The position numbers and the translations under genes are program-made. This document shows positions 62,571-64,000 of a DNA stretch of 64,000 nt, piece after piece (the first letter of the stretch is position 1; each line of letters opens with the position of its first letter). The DNA lies in the NCBI GenBank assembly GCA_030533005.1, contig JAUNJX010000006.1:14146-78145 (forward strand), read 5' to 3'. The notes beneath the pieces were generated by a model. The model saw only the letters and a list, made by a program, of their open reading frames with translations, searched no databases and was not told where the DNA came from. The DNA is from Clostridia bacterium. GTDB taxonomy: Bacteria; Bacillota; Clostridia; Christensenellales; CAG-138.

Positions 62571-62774
62571 TCAAGAATACCGGTAGGTTACCATAACGTC
62601 CGTGCTGCCGCAGAACGGGCAGACTTCTTCCTTCGTGATGGCTGGCATGCCGCAGGATCGGCACTCGATCTCAAAGAACCCGTTCGCCTCGTAGCCGCCG
62701 CCTACCCTGTTAAGATACTCGTCCACCAGCTTTTGTTTTTCCGGGGGAATGTTGTTGATGTCCACTCGTTCCAT
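62571..62774 (-). CDS. small Cys-rich protein with double-glycine-type leader (67 aa)
   Basis: AGGAGG RBS 8 nt before the ATG at 62774. MERVDINNIPPEKQKLVDEYLNRVGGG|YEANGFFEIECRSCGMPAITKEEVCPFCGSTDVMVTYRYS. Confidence 0.65.
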   Translation of the reverse strand: MERVDINNIPPEKQKLVDEYLNRVGGGYEANGFFEIECRSCGMPAITKEEVCPFCGSTDVMVTYRYS

Positions 62775-62904
62775 GCTGCGTACCTCCTGCTCTTTTATTC
62801 TTTTATACGTTTCAGCATACCAGATGTTAGGAGAAAAATATATAGTTTTAAACAGATCAAAACCGATTTTATCCGGGCTTTTGGCTTGGCTAAAGACCAC
62901 CATC

Positions 62905-64000
62905 TTACGCCCTTATTCTGCGCCTTATGACAAGCCCGATCCCCGCAGCCATCGCCATGATCGCCCATGCCAGCGGCATGCTTCCCGTAGCGGGCACATT
63001 CATGATCGCCGTGACCGCCATTGTAAAGGGTGTTGTAAAGCTCCCCGTATACTGCCCGTCGGTGAACTGCACGCGGATGGCGTGCGCGCCGTCTTTCAGC
63101 GTGGCAAGATAGGCGGGCGTAAACGCGATGATGGTGCTGCCGCAGTCCACGGAATAATCGCTGTCTTTTCTAAGCTGCACGCCGTCCACGCTGACGCTGG
63201 TAAGCTTCGCGCAATCCGCCTGCACGGTGAGCGTGCTGCCGTTCCATTGGCCGGAGTACGCGTTGCCCGTGTAGGCGACGCCGCCCGCTATGCTGCTGCC
63301 GCTGCGGGAGGGCGGCGTATCCGCATATGTCGCCGTCACCGTGACCGCGCCCGCTGGCATGGCGAAGGTGGTCTGGCTGGCGGTTTTGTCCGCAAAGACA
63401 ACACCATCTCTGTTCGCTGTCCATTTCTCGAATTGCTTTCCGGCTGCGGGTGCGTCCGCCGTGATGCTCACGCTCTCGCCCGCGGTATACGCGCCGCCGC
63501 CCGTGCCGTTTATGACTGTGACGGTATAGGTTGTGGGCGGCGCGGGCGTCACCGTCACGATAGCCGTCGCGGTTTTGCTGCTGTCGCCCTGATCGGTAAC
63601 CTTTAGCGTATAGGTCGTGGTCGCCGTGGGCGAAACCGTCACCTTCTGCGTCGTGTTCGTCAGTCCGCCGCCACTCCATGCGTAGGTATATTCACCCGTG
63701 CCGCCCGTCGCGTTGGCGGTAAGCTCCGTGCTCTGCCCCGCTAAGATGGACAGACCCGGATCGCCAGTTACATTGACGCTCAACCCGCCGTTGACCACAA
63801 ACGTAGGAGAGAACGTCGCGCTGCCGCCCTGCGTGGTGGATACGGTGATCGCGCCCGCGTATGTGCCCGCGCCAAGTCCGAGTTCCGGCTGCACGCTGAA
63901 ATCGCGCGTCGCGTTGGGCGCGAGCGGGTCGCTCCAGTTGTCCGGCGTTGTGACCTCGTAGCCGGTGCTGGCGGTGGGGCTGTTCAGCGTCACCGCGCTG
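62905..64000 (-). CDS. sortase-anchored cell-surface protein with Ig-like / InlB-B-type repeats (5' end outside the window)
   Basis: The open frame reaches the window edge. It has repeats rich in T/G/V (YTVTVINGTGGGAYTAGESVSITA...). The C-terminal sorting signal is NVPATG, a hydrophobic helix and RRRIRA. Confidence 0.8.
   Translation of the reverse strand, partial: SAVTLNSPTASTGYEVTTPDNWSDPLAPNATRDFSVQPELGLGAGTYAGAITVSTTQGGSATFSPTFVVNGGLSVNVTGDPGLSILAGQSTELTANATGGTGEYTYAWSGGGLTNTTQKVTVSPTATTTYTLKVTDQGDSSKTATAIVTVTPAPPTTYTVTVINGTGGGAYTAGESVSITADAPAAGKQFEKWTANRDGVVFADKTASQTTFAMPAGAVTVTATYADTPPSRSGSSIAGGVAYTGNAYSGQWNGSTLTVQADCAKLTSVSVDGVQLRKDSDYSVDCGSTIIAFTPAYLATLKDGAHAIRVQFTDGQYTGSFTTPFTMAVTAIMNVPATGSMPLAWAIMAMAAGIGLVIRRRIRA

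Overview
This chromosomal window is about 58-60 % GC by eye, with several lower-GC patches. From gene content it reads like a high-GC Clostridia/Firmicutes anaerobe; that taxonomic guess is inference only. It holds about 60 genes, mostly on the minus strand.

Content in order:
- DUF3842/DUF3990 genes.
- A minus-strand catabolic operon: LarA-family racemase, class-III aminotransferase, TRAP DctPQM-type transporter and a D-aminoacylase-like amidohydrolase.
- A PrpR-type regulator whose AAA+ module looks degenerate, sitting between that operon and a divergent operon of PdxA-like dehydrogenase, four-carbon-acid-sugar kinase and Tdh-like dehydrogenase.
- A low-GC scar with dxs and transglutaminase gene remnants.
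- glnN (type III GS)-pyrG-guaA.
- Two ABC exporter operons, one with a YtrA/GntR repressor and a perfect palindromic operator.
- glnA plus an ANTAR regulator, then a YitT-family gene.
- A Mop-type molybdenum aldehyde oxidoreductase followed by a translationally coupled 8-gene accessory operon. Its products are an FAD/FeS/CCG oxidoreductase, a zinc-ribbon protein, a methyltransferase, a C_GCAxxG_C_C protein, a NifS-like enzyme, a small unknown protein, a radical SAM enzyme and a PaaK/F390-synthetase-like ligase. This is my top candidate for an uncharacterised system.
- carA and a carB::dapF-like fusion.
- A thioredoxin-like lipoprotein.
- A DUF1538 membrane protein plus a tandem P-II-like protein.
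- DMT and MFS transporters, and a Mn riboswitch-mntP unit.
- A CheB-CheR-PAS-HisKA fusion with a degenerate H-box.
- Acetyltransferases, a MerR regulator and an M23 peptidase.
- Three paralogous small Cys-rich genes with double-glycine-type leaders, next to a sortase-anchored surface protein.

I recognised no rRNA, tRNA, CRISPR array or intact transposase. All homology calls come from reading the translations and from remembered family motifs; no database was searched.
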